Assembly (NCBI GenBank): GCA_028023455.1
Contig: JAQFVV010000001.1
Coordinates: 22,630,001 to 22,694,000, forward strand
DNA length: 64,000 nucleotides
Reading direction: 5' to 3'
Source: Epiperipatus broadwayi
Taxonomy: Eukaryota > Animalia > Onychophora
Shown here in pieces: positions 27,682 to 40,130 of the stretch. Position numbers and translations under genes: made by a program. Under the pieces are notes generated by a model, which had not been told where the DNA came from, did no database searches, and saw only the letters and a program-made list of their open reading frames with translations. Numbering within the stretch: position 1 is the stretch's first letter; every line of letters begins with the position of its first letter.

Positions 27682-28060
27682 ACGCTATATATTGATAAAA
27701 TATGATCAGGCTGGGATAGAAACTTCAATGTGTGAGGTGTTCGAATCCTTCCCCTGAATGTATAGTAGCTGCAAATATCGGAGAATGGATGTCAAGCCTG
27801 GAAAATCGCCTCAATAAGAAAATGTTGGATCATCATGAGATGTATAAAAGATTAAATAAATGAATAGAATTCAGCCATGGAATCCGAACTTCAAGAAGTT
27901 GGTTCATCATCCAAGAACTGGAGATTTCTCTTCCACCAGGTGAATCCAATCAATTCCCTGGGGGGAAACACAGGTACCTTTTCTATTTGATATATATGTG
28001 ACCTCTTAGTAAGCTTACTCCATGTAATTCAGAAAACTGTTGTTTGACCAAATTGTGAAC

Positions 28061-28148
28061 TTGAATTTTTTTCCTTTTGCACGGAGAGTTTAACATACAT
28101 ATTATTGAATTTTTTTCCTTTTGCACGGAGAGTTTAACATACATATTA
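28061..28148. repeat. Two-copy tandem duplication, ~44 bp unit
   Basis: ttgaatttttttccttttgcacggagagtttaacatacatatta occurs twice head to tail. Confidence 0.85.
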
Positions 28149-29354
28149 TAGCGTATTTGTGTGTGTGTGGGTTTTGATAAAGAAATAAAAGAGCAAACCA
28201 ACAAAAGGGAAACTGATAGGAATCTTTGATTAATTAAAAAAAAAAACATTGATTTAATTTACATAAATAATATTTTTTTTTGATAGATATGTAAATATTA
28301 TTACTAATAAATATGTATAAAATGATGAATGGTTTTTGTTTGTTTGTGTTTTGAGTTTCTTTTTTTTTTTTTAAAAAAAAAAAAAAGAGAGAGAGAGAGA
28401 GGTTAGATCTACTACAGGTAATTTTACCACCCGCCCTGAGAAAAGCTAGCCGCAGGCCGGGTCATTTTATAATCCTATTACATACTTCCATATTGTCCAG
28501 TATAATTCTTACCTATGGGTGAGATTGGTGCTTGGAGTCTTTAGTTAGACATCCATAAATATACTGTGTATGATACTGAAGAAAATTATATATGTATAGG
28601 ACATATTTTTGTTCAAACGCGTATATAGATATACATGTTCATACTCGCGTAAAGATGAGTACATTAAGAACATAAGGTAAATGGCTGGACCTGTTATAAT
28701 ACATACAGAGATAAATTAATACTCATTTGGTTATTTTACACCAGCTTGAGATATAAAAAATATTAATATAGAAAGTAATAATAATTTATTTAAAACCTAA
28801 AATAAACATATTCTTCAACCAAATAGCTTCAATATATATTTCTTATATTTCAAATTGCCATGCAGTACAAATAAATAATTGTTATAAAAATTAATTAAAC
28901 AAAACTACAAGTTATAAATATAATATTCTATATGGTATAGTGCACTAATAAACTGTCAAGCTAAGAGCTGAAAATTATAATTGAAACTTGTCACTTTTGG
29001 TGCTTTAGAGTCATATGACCTTTCAAATAACCAAAGATTTAATTATTTTCAATTAAAAAAAAAAGCCAAGAAGCACCAAACACATTTAGAGATGCAATGT
29101 TTTCTGTTTTTTTCAAAGAAATTTCCAAATTTTTATATTTATATAAATTAATGATAATTATAACAAACAACATCTGCATAATCAGTAGTAATCTCATCTA
29201 TATCAAGTCTTTAAAGCCATCTATGTAAAAATGAGTAACAATAGGTATTATATGAAAGAAATTCCATACAGTAGTTTCACTCAGTGCAAGCTATAGTAAT
29301 CAATTGGTTGCTACAAGGTTTGTGCATCAATCCCTCTAGTGCGTACATATCTAA

Positions 29355-29400
29355 TATCCCCAGACTATTTTTTAGCTTGTGGCCCTTATGATTGATAAGC
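29355..29400 (-). ncRNA. Decayed copy of the minimal hammerhead family seen at 50601-50644
   Basis: The minus strand reads cttatca-ATCATAA-gggc cacaa gcta-AAAA-atag-TC-tggggata. It aligns to the 50.6 kb copy over about 150 bp, but both core motifs are mutated. Confidence 0.55.
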
Positions 29401-29829
29401 CTTGTATCTGAGAGCACTGCACTGAATCCTAGATAGGGATTGTGATGCACAAATACTTTAGCATACATTGATTACTAAAGCTGGCATTGGGTAGTGCTAC
29501 GTATGGAGAATGTAAGCATAAAAAATGATAATCATGTAATGTAATTATTGAAATTTGCATTATAGACAAATTTATGTTTGATGATTATTAAGAAATGTTT
29601 TAGTGTATAGTAGATGCTAGTATTAAATATATTCCATACTAGTTTCTAGGTCCTTTGCTTTTCATTAACAAAGACTAATATTCAGAAATTAGTCTGGAAT
29701 TCTATTTGATATCTATATTAATTCATACTTAAGTGGTTGTAGAGTAGAATGATTTAGAGTGAATTTCTATGATGATGATGATGATGATGATGATGGTGTT
29801 TCAAGGATAAACTTTATTGAAACTCAAAA

Positions 29830-31100
29830 AGTGTTACATAAATTACAGGTGAAAACATGAGATACATAATATTATATAGGCAATAAGAGTTTGCACTCTT
29901 GCTAGTGATAGGCAAAAAACATGACTTACAATAATTGAAAGAAGAATGATCATTACATAACAAGATATATATGTCAAAATATATTTGCATAGAATTTTTA
30001 AACAGAATCTTGAGAAAATGAATGGAAGCACATGATAGTATGAGGAAAAACATATATGAGATGTGAGGTTGGAATTGGTGTTAATCTATGATTGTATATA
30101 AATTGGACCTATTTGGTGGAAAGATTATAGTTTTCATGGCTGTCTTATTGTTCATGTATTATATAAGTTGTATGTGAAAAACATTAGTTTTTAAATACAA
30201 TTTGATACATGAGATTACATATGCAATATGGGTTTAGAATTTTGTTTATGATTAAAAAAGATGATTTATAATAGTTGGAAGAATAATAATTGTTGCATAA
30301 CAAGATACATATTTCAAATTAGGTTTGCATAAATTTTGCAAAAGCATTATGAGATAAATACATGAAAGCACATGATGATATTTGTTAACACATTTACAGA
30401 GGATGAGTATATGGCTGGATTTAAATTGTTCTTATTAGTTGGTGAGCATTATAAGTAACAAGGCTGCATCTCATTGTTCATGTGCTGGAACATTTAAAGT
30501 TTATTTAAGATAAATTGGTGGAGTGATCTTGTAAACTTCTTTGGATTAGTGGGTTGATGAGATGGGTGTACTGTGTTATTCTCAAGTGGTGCAGTATTTA
30601 TTCCAGAGTTCACCCTTATGTGACACCGTGCCTATGAGTTCATGTGTGGTAAGAACTTGATCTGGTTGAGGTTACAGAAAGCGGAGTGAAAGTGATATAG
30701 AGAGTAGTTGGAATCTGTGACTGATATAATGATGGAATAGAAGTGAAAATGTTTCCTGTGACATGGCAGTAATAAATTTTAACAAATTGTTGTTAGTATG
30801 TCAGGCATACATTCATGGGGTGGTGGGAGTTACAATCTTGTGTTTTAAATCTAGGTTTTAAATATTGTTTGCATTGGTTGTCCTGAAATTTCAAATTGGC
30901 TTATTTATTAATGGACTTGACATGAAAATTGTTCTTGATGATGCTGGCATATATTTTTTCAAGAGATAAATCTGGCATTATGGTAGAATAGGTTTTGATA
31001 CCAACCACCTGGTCATGTGGTAGTTTCACAGTTAATCTTAGTCCTGTCACCATGTTCATTCCAAGAGCTCCTGTTTCAAATTCTAAGAATTTGCATAATA
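29830..31100 (-). mobile_element. Degenerate Penelope-like element 3' part (linker and GIY-YIG remnant) followed by two diverged ~326-bp tandem repeats
   Basis: Minus-strand frame ...TYSTIMPDLSLEKIYASIIKNNF...CHVTGNIFT...THRHGV resembles the Penelope RT-to-GIY-YIG linker. attgttcatg recurs at 30147 and 30473 with alignable flanks (pseudo-LTR-like). Confidence 0.45.
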
Positions 31101-31466
31101 TTAGTTTTTTTAAAGATAAATTTCAAGTCATCAGAAAGACTGCACTTAACCTAATTAGATAACACTCTAGTTATATAAAAAAAATTCAATGTGTGTAATG
31201 GACAATTTGTAAGAAAAAATATTTCATTAGCAGCAGTAAACCTTAGTATTGCTAGGCAACAGGAAAAAAATTCCAGGTTTAAACCCCCAAAGACCACTAA
31301 AATTTGCAATATATTAGATAAGTTTAACATATATTAAACCAATTATTAACAATCTTTTCTAAAGTTTAATTTCGAAATTATAAAAACTTTTTCTTAAAAA
31401 AATGACATTTTTATATTGTTAAACCAAACAAAATGGCTGCCATACAACGATATATATATATAGATA

Positions 31467-31519
31467 ATTATTATTATTATTATTATTGTTGTTGTTGTTG
31501 TTATTATTATTATTATTTC
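31467..31519. repeat. Compound microsatellite (TTA)n(TTG)n(TTA)n
   Basis: Read directly from the sequence. Confidence 0.95.
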
Positions 31520-32015
31520 TATTTCTGCATGGTTCAGAGTAATGGTAGAGTGGCAAATTCTGGAGTGGAAACTGTTGCTTCCAGTGCTTGAACTTTATGT
31601 GAATTTTCATATGAACTCCCTGAACAATAAATCATTCAACTTTTTTTATTGGCATTCATAAAATAAATAAACATTAAATCAAACTATAATTAATTTTACA
31701 TCAGCATTTTAAAATTATAATATGACAAACTCACCTTTATTTTTAGACATAATCAGTAAAAGACATCAAAAAAATACAAACAGTTTCCATGATCCATGTT
31801 TTAGCTTGACCACTTTCATTTAAAATAGTCTTGGATCTCTATAGTATCCAATATATTGCATATCTAAACAATTGATATCAATTTAATTTACTCACATTGT
31901 CTTTAAATCAATTTAGATATGGATGCCTGAAAAATTGGAGAGTGGACTGTCCATTAAAGTTTGTAGATTTGCTCACTTAATATAAACTGAGCACTGATTA
32001 TATATATATATATAT

Positions 32016-32090
32016 GGGAGGTGATGATCTGGACCAACTGATGAGTGCTGGCTCAGCATGAAATACATATATTGAAGATCTTTTATCTTT
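32016..32090 (+). ncRNA. Type I hammerhead ribozyme motif, family b copy A
   Basis: CTGATGA at 32038-32044; stem II GTGCT/AGCAT; GAAA; stem III ATA-CA-TAT; cleavage triplet AUA; stem I CAA/TTG plus outer GATCT/AGATC. Confidence 0.72.
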
Positions 32091-32456
32091 TTCACATGTG
32101 CCATGTGTATCAGTTAGATAGAATGGATGCCTGAGGAGAGCTTGAAAGTCTAGCTTCAAATTCCCTTTAATTACTCTTTAAATATTAAACTTAAATGTTA
32201 AGTGGATAATGTAAAAACCAAGGCCAATTGAATAAAATTAGTTTGATCAAAATATACATTCCAAGGATTTTTATGATGTCCTTTGATGATTGTTTCTTAA
32301 AGTAAAAATTTATTTGTAGATAATGATTTTAAATACTATACATTAATTTAAGAATGTATGTGAGTTAATGAAAGTGAAAGTTCAATGTATAGTAAAATCA
32401 TGATTATATAATATAATTAATTTTAAAATTAAAGTGCCAATCATAATTTATGACTG

Positions 32457-32984
32457 AGATGTGATAATATATTGGAATACTTCCATCATCTATCATTAAA
32501 TGTTGAATGTCTAGAAAATTGTAAATTTTATTTAAACATTTCTAAATACAAACAACTGTTAATTTTAACACAAGTTAGTAACTAACTTTAGTAGATTACA
32601 CAATGTTTTGAGTGGTATTCTTTGCTCTTTTGCAGGTGTTTCTGGCCTGATCAATAACAATGCTAGCATAGGTGTCAAACTTACATCTTTAGATTCGCAA
32701 ATCAGTTGGTTAGATCATTATTTTAAATTTTGATATTCAAGAATCTAAAAGTGTAACTTTGCCTCTTATGCTAGTATTACCACTGGTCAGGTCAGCAACA
32801 TCTAAAGAAAAGAGAATAAATACCATTTGAAACATTGTGTAATCTGCTAAACTGTGTTATCTACTAGCTTGTATTATTATAAATAGTTGTTTGTATTTGG
32901 AAAAGTTTAAATAAAGTTTGTAATTTTCTAGACATTCAACATTTAATGACAGATGATGAAAATAGTCAATATATTATCACATCT
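32457..32984. repeat. Fold-back inverted repeat with ~200-bp arms, homologous to the RTE-associated leader at 43781-44075
   Basis: agatgtgataatatattgg...tcatctatcattaaatgttgaatgtctagaaaatt versus aattttctagacattcaacatttaatgacagatga...caatatattatcacatct. Inner ends ggtgtttctggcctgatc and cactggtcagg match 43937-43960. Confidence 0.8.
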
Positions 32985-33599
32985 AAAATACCATCATTAT
33001 AAACCTTCAGGCAAACAGTAAGCTATTTAATAATTTCATTTTAAAATAATAATTGTTTGATATTTATTAATACTAGTACAATTATGTTAATACTTAAACG
33101 TTTAAGTACTTTGATGATTTAAATTCAAACTATCACTTATGTTCTAGCGTTTTTAATATTAACTATCTTGATATTTCATCTAAAGTTGTTTCTGATCTTG
33201 GTGTTCCGTTTACACAATATATTTATTCCTATATTCGTCACATCTATAAGACAGCTTTTTTAAAACTCAGGAAGCCATTCAATTTTCAAAACTATTTTAG
33301 AATGATAGTATACAATTATTTTGTAACTTAATGTTTTAGTTTATTGGTAAAATGTCTTAATTTCTTACTTAAGCTTTTAATTCATTAAATATGTATGGCA
33401 ATTCTTCTACCTGAGAGCAAGAGGAATAACCAACTTTAGGGATTCTTTCACACTACTTTGATAACTTTAGATTCTTATATTCTACCCATTTGTAATACCC
33501 TATAGTCATGAATGTATTACACACCTGGACTTTATTAAATATTAACTAAAATAATACTGGAAATAATCAGATTTTCTATTTTAATTATTTTTTAAGTCT

Positions 33600-36500
33600 A
33601 TAGATACCTTTCATCATCAAATGACACCGTGGATTTGCAATCACAGGATTCATGGTACCCTCCACCTTTGGCTACCAACTACTGCCTTGGTTGATATCTT
33701 TATAATTTCCTGGGAATAAGGATAATAATTTATTTTTGTTTGTCGTGATTGTAAATATCTATTAGAAAAAAAATATTTTTTTCATTTATACACACATTTA
33801 ATCTGCCTTCAAGAAAGTTCATCTGATATTTCAGTTAAGAGCTATCAGGCAACTGAGAAACAAAATCATGGTATTTCTTGATCTTAAACTCAGAGGTTAA
33901 AAGCAAATAAACTCACAATGCTGGCTAATGCATGTTAGTAAGCTGACTATCTATGTTAATATACTATACCTATATATGAATAATCACATAGTAATAACAA
34001 CTGCAATGACAAGAATGTATGGAGTGGACATTAAGAATTTGCCCTGATCGGTTCCTTTAAGAACTCCAAAAGAAATTAAAGGGCTCCTTTCAGTTAACAG
34101 CAAATTTACAACTGCAGGTCACTTTCAAGTGAAGGAAGATCACAAAAATTGGAGGAAGAATTGTCTCATATTAAATGGGACATTATTGGACTTTGTGAAG
34201 TTAGAAGGTGAAAAGACAATTGATTAAAAAGTGAACACAAAGGCCCAATATTGAAAATACAAGTGGAAGTGGAAGAACAATATTGGGAGATTGATGGTGT
34301 CTCAGACAGAAATCAAGCTTAGTTATTCAATTTAATAGCAGATATCAAGTGCAGATAATACAGGTTTATGCTCCAACAAGTTATTATAGCTATGAATTAG
34401 TAGAAAATTTTTATTTAAATGTACAAATTAAAGACTTTTGATAAGACCAAACAATATTTTAAAATTGTTATGGGAAAGTTTAATGCTAGAATTGGTAAAC
34501 AATTGAAAGGTGAAAGTGCTGTAGATAAATTTGGTTATAGTAATTGAAATGATAGAGGACATAGACTGGTGGAGTTTGTGGAAAAAGAAAAATTTTATAT
34601 TCTGAATTCTTTTTTTTTTTTTTTTGAGAAAAATGTTGAATGGAAATGGTCATGGAAGCATTCAAATGAAGGTATAACAGAATTCGATTATTTTTTGACT
34701 AACAGAAAATATATATTTCAGATTATAATGGTCTTAATAAATTTAACACAGGAAGTGATCATCGATTAGTGAGATGTAAGATACATATTAATGCAAAACT
34801 AGAAACACACAATATTCACAATTGATATTCCTAATTTTCAGAAATATTCTAATGAATTTAAATTAGAACTTGCAAATCATTTTCAAATACTGTATTAAAA
34901 TATTTTGAACATGATTTAGATTTGAATGAAATCAACAGAAAAATAATTGATACCCTTTTAAAAACTGCAACAAAGATAGCTGGTAGAAAAAGCAGCAATT
35001 GTCCAATAAAATTTCTACTGAGACTAGATAATTTATGGGGGGAAAAATGAAAATATATAAAAATGATGTATTAAGGATTGAATATCTCAAAGTTATAAAA
35101 TGGTGTGAAAAAAATTGACAATGATATAAGAAAGTATAATTCTGAACTAGAAAGGAAAACCATAGAAGAGAATTTAAGTGACAAGAATGTAAAACAACAT
35201 TTTTGTATTGGTAGGACACATTTCTACATTAAGAAAAAAAAAAGGAACTATTATTAAAAAGAAAGATGTCACCATGAAATGTATAGAAGAGTTCTATCAA
35301 GAATTATATAGTATTAAAGAAAAAGGAAAATTACCTACTACAATTATTATATCTTCTGAATTGCCCAAGATTTTAAATGAAGAAATGAGACATGCAATCA
35401 AATTTATGAAAAAAGGAAAAACTCCAGGTAATGGTGGAATTATAATTGATATCTTAAAAAAGGCAGGTGAAAAAATAGAGAAATTTTGGCAAAATATATG
35501 CCTAATGTCTAAATGATAAAGATCTATCAGATAATTGGAAGAATGCAGTATTAACATTTAAAAGAAGATGATAGAAATTACAAGCCTATTGGTCTTTTAT
35601 CAGTTTTATATAAAACTTTTACCCAGATAATTACAACTCATCTACAACTTTGGATTTCAACTAGTTAAAATAACAAGCTGGATTTAAAAATGGTTTTAGT
35701 ACAGTGGGTCATATCCAAGTATTGAGACTAGTTATAAAAAGGACCAATGAATATGAATTGACATTATGTTTTGGATTTGTATATTATGAAAAAGCATTTG
35801 ATTTTATAAGCATTTCTTCAGTGATTAAAACATTGGATCACCAAGTTATAGTCCCAAGATATTGTCATATTCTGAAGAATATTGATAAAAATGCAACAGC
35901 AACAATTAGATTACATTATGATACTAGTAATATTAATATTGTGAAGGTTGTACACCAGGGTGACTCTATATCCAAAACTTTTTACAGCAGTGCTGCAAGA
36001 AGTATTTTGTAGGTTAAAATGGGAAGCTAAAGAAATAAAAGAAAATGGAGATTATTTACATCATTTAGATTTTGTAGATGATGTATTTGTTTTTTTAAAT
36101 AATTTTTTAGAGCTTCAAGAAATGTTTCAAGAATTATCAAATGAAGCTAAGAAAATAGAACTAAAAGATAAATGTTAAAAAGACTAAAGTAATGTTCGAT
36201 GGATTGGTCAGATTATTACTACAGATGGGAACATAATGAATGAAATTAATCATATAATTAAGCTTGGTTGAAGTGCTTTTGGTAGAACTAAATATTAAAA
36301 GCAAATATGCCTATATTTAAAAAGGAAGGTATTAAATAAATGCATTTTACCAGTTCTTACTTACAGATCAGAGACTTGGATCCTTAACAGAGGAGCAATG
36401 CAGAGACTTCACACCACTCAAAGAAGTATGGAGAGATGCATGTTAAAACAAACAAGAAGAGATTGAAAATGAAATATATGGGTAAGAGAACAAACATGTT

Positions 36501-36775
36501 ACTGACATTGTTGAAAGAATTAAAAGACTGAAGTGGAGTTAGGCTGGACATGTTGCTAAAAAAGATGGTAATAGTTTGATAGTTAAAATTTTAAACTGGA
36601 CCCCAAGAGATTGTAAAAGATCCAGGAAGAGACCACATGTGACATGAATGGATAAAAGAAGAAAGTGTGTGGAGTGATGTGTAGAAAAGTGGTTTGAGAT
36701 TGGAGAAGATGGATTGTACTTAAAGAGACCTTTATCCTGCAGTGGATTGATAATGATTGAAAATGATGATGATAG
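33600..36775 (+). mobile_element. RTE-clade LINE copy 1, degenerate, with its 5' ~500 bp inverted (33600-34104)
   Basis: The body from 34105 has EN (WDIIGLCEV, VYAPTS, FNARIG, EFDYFLTN) and RT (KTPGNGGI, YEKAFD, HLDFVDD, LTYRSETW, KWSxAGH) motifs and a (GAT)n tail at about 36755-36775. 33600-34104 is the reverse complement of 44120-44560. Confidence 0.88.
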
Positions 36776-37084
36776 ATAGATATCTTATTTATATTAGTGA
36801 CTTGGTAGAGAATTAGACTCTGGAGCATGAAGTCATCAGAATTATTCCAGTTTTGGGACTTCTGGCACTCAAACTTTTTATGAAATCTCAAACAATAAAG
36901 CCTTCCAATTATTATATTTTATATTTATGATAGATTTTCAATATTTCTATATTGCATAATAATAACAACAACAATAATAATTCAATTCAATATCTCTTTA
37001 TTGTGTGCATTTCAGTTTACACTTTAACAAAAATACACAAACAAAAAATTAAAAAAAACAAAACAAATTATATACAGAAGATTA

Positions 37085-37958
37085 TGAGGTGAATCCAAAG
37101 ATAACTGGAACTGTTCTCTGGTATGCACATCTGTTGCAGTATTTGTTTCTGCACCTAAGTACCTCTTACATCAATCTGCCAAATGCAGAATCATGTGAAA
37201 TTGAGGGCCATAAAGGATATTTTTTGTAAAGTGCATTTCACATTATATGTCAATTTTTGCAATGGCTGAAAAGTTGGAACAACATAAAATTTCTGTTTCC
37301 TTTTAGGTAAAATGGCAGGGAAAACAGTTGTAATGCTTGAAATAATTTACAAACAAGTTGATCTGGGAAAAATAGAAATTTATGAGTGGTTTAAAAGAAG
37401 TGTCAAATTCACCATGTCCAAAAAAAAGCATGGCAAGTGAAGTTCAATGTCAAAACAATGCTGATTTTTTTTTGGATGCAAATGGCATTCTTCATTCAGA
37501 ATTTATTTGTAATGATTAGGCTGTAAAACCTACAAGTTCTGAAACTTTTGCATGATGCGGTAAAATATAAATGTTCCATTTTGTGAGAAGTGCATGCTTC
37601 ATCATGACAGCACACTAGTGCACAAGGTCTTGAATGTGAAACAATTTTTAATTAAATTCAGTAATATCCAGCTTACCCATCAGCCATGTTCACTCGATTT
37701 CACTCTATTTTTATTCTCTTGAATGAAAAAATGTTTCAATTTTTTTATTTTATGCAGACTTAGAAGTGATGAAGAAAAAAATAATGGAGGCATTAAAAGG
37801 CATTATTTTGCAAGTGTTTTCAGACTATTTCAAGAAGTGAAAGCCATGTGTATATCAAATGAATATACAGTACTTTGAAAATGATTTAACTTGCAATGTC
37901 AAAAAATAAATACTCAATTTTTTATTACAAAATTTCAGTTATTATTGGATCCTTCCTT
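37085..37958 (+). mobile_element. Internally deleted mariner transposon
   Basis: TA-flanked imperfect TIRs tgaggtgaatccaaagataactggaa / ttcagttattattggatcctcctta. Motifs EIYEWFKR, VKTMLIFFLDANGILHSEF, LHHDS and HQPCSLDF (~HPPYSPDL). Confidence 0.8.
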
Positions 37959-37984
37959 ATATATACGTATACATGTATGTTATA

Positions 37985-40130
37985 AACTATAAATTTAATT
38001 CTTTCCTACCATTCATAATAAACAGATAACAAAAAATATCAATATTATTAAAATTCAGGCTATATACTCTTTGCAATCTATTAATAACTGATTTGCTTAA
38101 GAAAGTATTTTTACATATATTAATATTGAAAGTAAGCATTTCTTTTAACAAACGACTAGGTATTTTAAATTCTACTTTTGATATATAGTCATTCACATTA
38201 ATTTCTCCATCAATTAACTTTTTCAACAATATCATATCTTTCAACATTCTTCTTTCTTTCAATACTATTTTTAAGATTTAGATGTTCTCCCTTTATTAAT
38301 TTAATGGTCATTTTTCAATATTAGGAATTCTAGACTCAATATTAATTAAATTGAAATTCCATATAGAAGAATCATATTTTAAAAATGGTATAAGAGGAAA
38401 AAATAATATATTTTATGTAAGAAGATATATCTCTTCCATATCTCAAAATACATCCCATTTTTTGTATGCTTTATTAATAATATATGTAATATGTGTATTA
38501 AAAATAAAATTATTACAAAATATAATTCTCAACGCAGATACAATCTCTTTATATGTAATAAAACCATTCAGAATTTTATACTGATAAACAGATTATTCAG
38601 TTTTATTAATACAGAAAACAATAGATGTTTTATTAATATTAATCTCCATATTCTTATACCTACATTAATCCTTAAAATAATCTATATCCCTTTGAAGATC
38701 AGTATAGACATTACAATTAATAATTATTTTGAATAACTTATAATCATCAGCTTGACAACATTAAAAAGTAAAGGTGCTATTATTCCATCCTGAGCAACAC
38801 CTAATATATTAAAAATACAAGAATTAGTTATATCCATACACATATAAGATTTATGATTCCTCAAATAATTATTAAAATACATCATTAAATGAGAACTAAG
38901 TTCCATATTTTAAGCATACTTAAAAGTCTACCATGTGCAACTTTATCAAATGCCTGAGTCATATCAAAATATACATCTAGTTGCTTGTGATCAGATATCA
39001 TTAAATTAATTTCAACATATTTATCAAATAGAAAATCATGTTGATAGTTAGGTACCTTAATCATATCTACAATAATATTACTGCAAATACACTTTTCATA
39101 AACCCTATCAAAGGTGAAAAAACTAAAATAGGCCTATAATTACCAGGCTCAGATCTATCACTCTTCTTATAAATTAGTATAATCTTAGCTATTTTAAATA
39201 AGCTAAGTATAATAAATTTTCAAGTGATAAAATAATAATATAATGTAATGGAACTACTAGACATTCATGATAGCCCATAATAATAAAATTGGGAATATTA
39301 TCATACTCCATAGAAGATTTTGTTTTAAGTTTAGAAATTGCATTAAACACTTTGGTGATTTCAATTTTTTGAACATCAATATTCCAACAATTTTCTTTAC
39401 TAAATTTAATATCAGCCATATCATTATCAGAAATATCTAAATACATATCTGTAAAATGATTAACTAGATCATTCACAGAAGGTTGAATTACATTATATCT
39501 ACAACTCTTATTTTCAATAATATTAAGATTCTTAATATAATTCCAAAAAATTTATGGATTATGCCAAAATCTTCTTGAATACTATTTAAATTGTTATCAT
39601 AATCTTTTTTCACAAGTCTTAATATAAGCATGCAACACTAAATTTCTTGTAAAGATCTTTATTATTAATTAACTTATATAACTTATATTTATGCTTTCTA
39701 TTTAAACTCTTACACAGTTCCTTAAAAAACCATTTGGGATATTTATTATTAGTATTCAAATAATGCCTAACAGGAATATATTGATCCAGACAATTTTAAA
39801 ATATATTAATGAACTTATTTGCAGCTATATTGGTATCATTTTCTATAAAAATAACATTCCATTACTATTTGTCATAAGCTTTATATGTTAGAGAAGTTTG
39901 ATAAGGATCAGGAAGTAAGATAATCTGATCAGTTTCTTTGCACTTCAAATCATCCTTAGTGCTAAATAATAAATCCAACATATCAATCTAAAATTAGTAA
40001 TGTTGCTATATTGAGTTAATCTAACCAATTCTGCAAAAATTTATAATCTATAGTAATGATGATGATGATGATAAAGATGTAATCTTAATAGAACATCTAT
40101 TTTTGACTGTTAAAAGTAGAACTATAAATG
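37985..40130 (-). mobile_element. Degenerate CR1/T1-like LINE (ORF2 EN-RT and 3' end)
   Basis: Minus-strand ORFs give FNAISKLKTKSSMEYDNIPNF...LVVPLHYI, VYFDMTQAFDKV, GVAQDGIIAPLLF and the C-terminal LKERR...INRLQRVYS typical of CR1/T1 ORF2. Confidence 0.8.

Noticed and set aside
32020-32080. C/D snoRNA reading of the TGATGA...CTGA motifs in family b repeats
   Set aside because: No terminal D box or terminal stem; the hammerhead fold explains the motifs and their covariation better.
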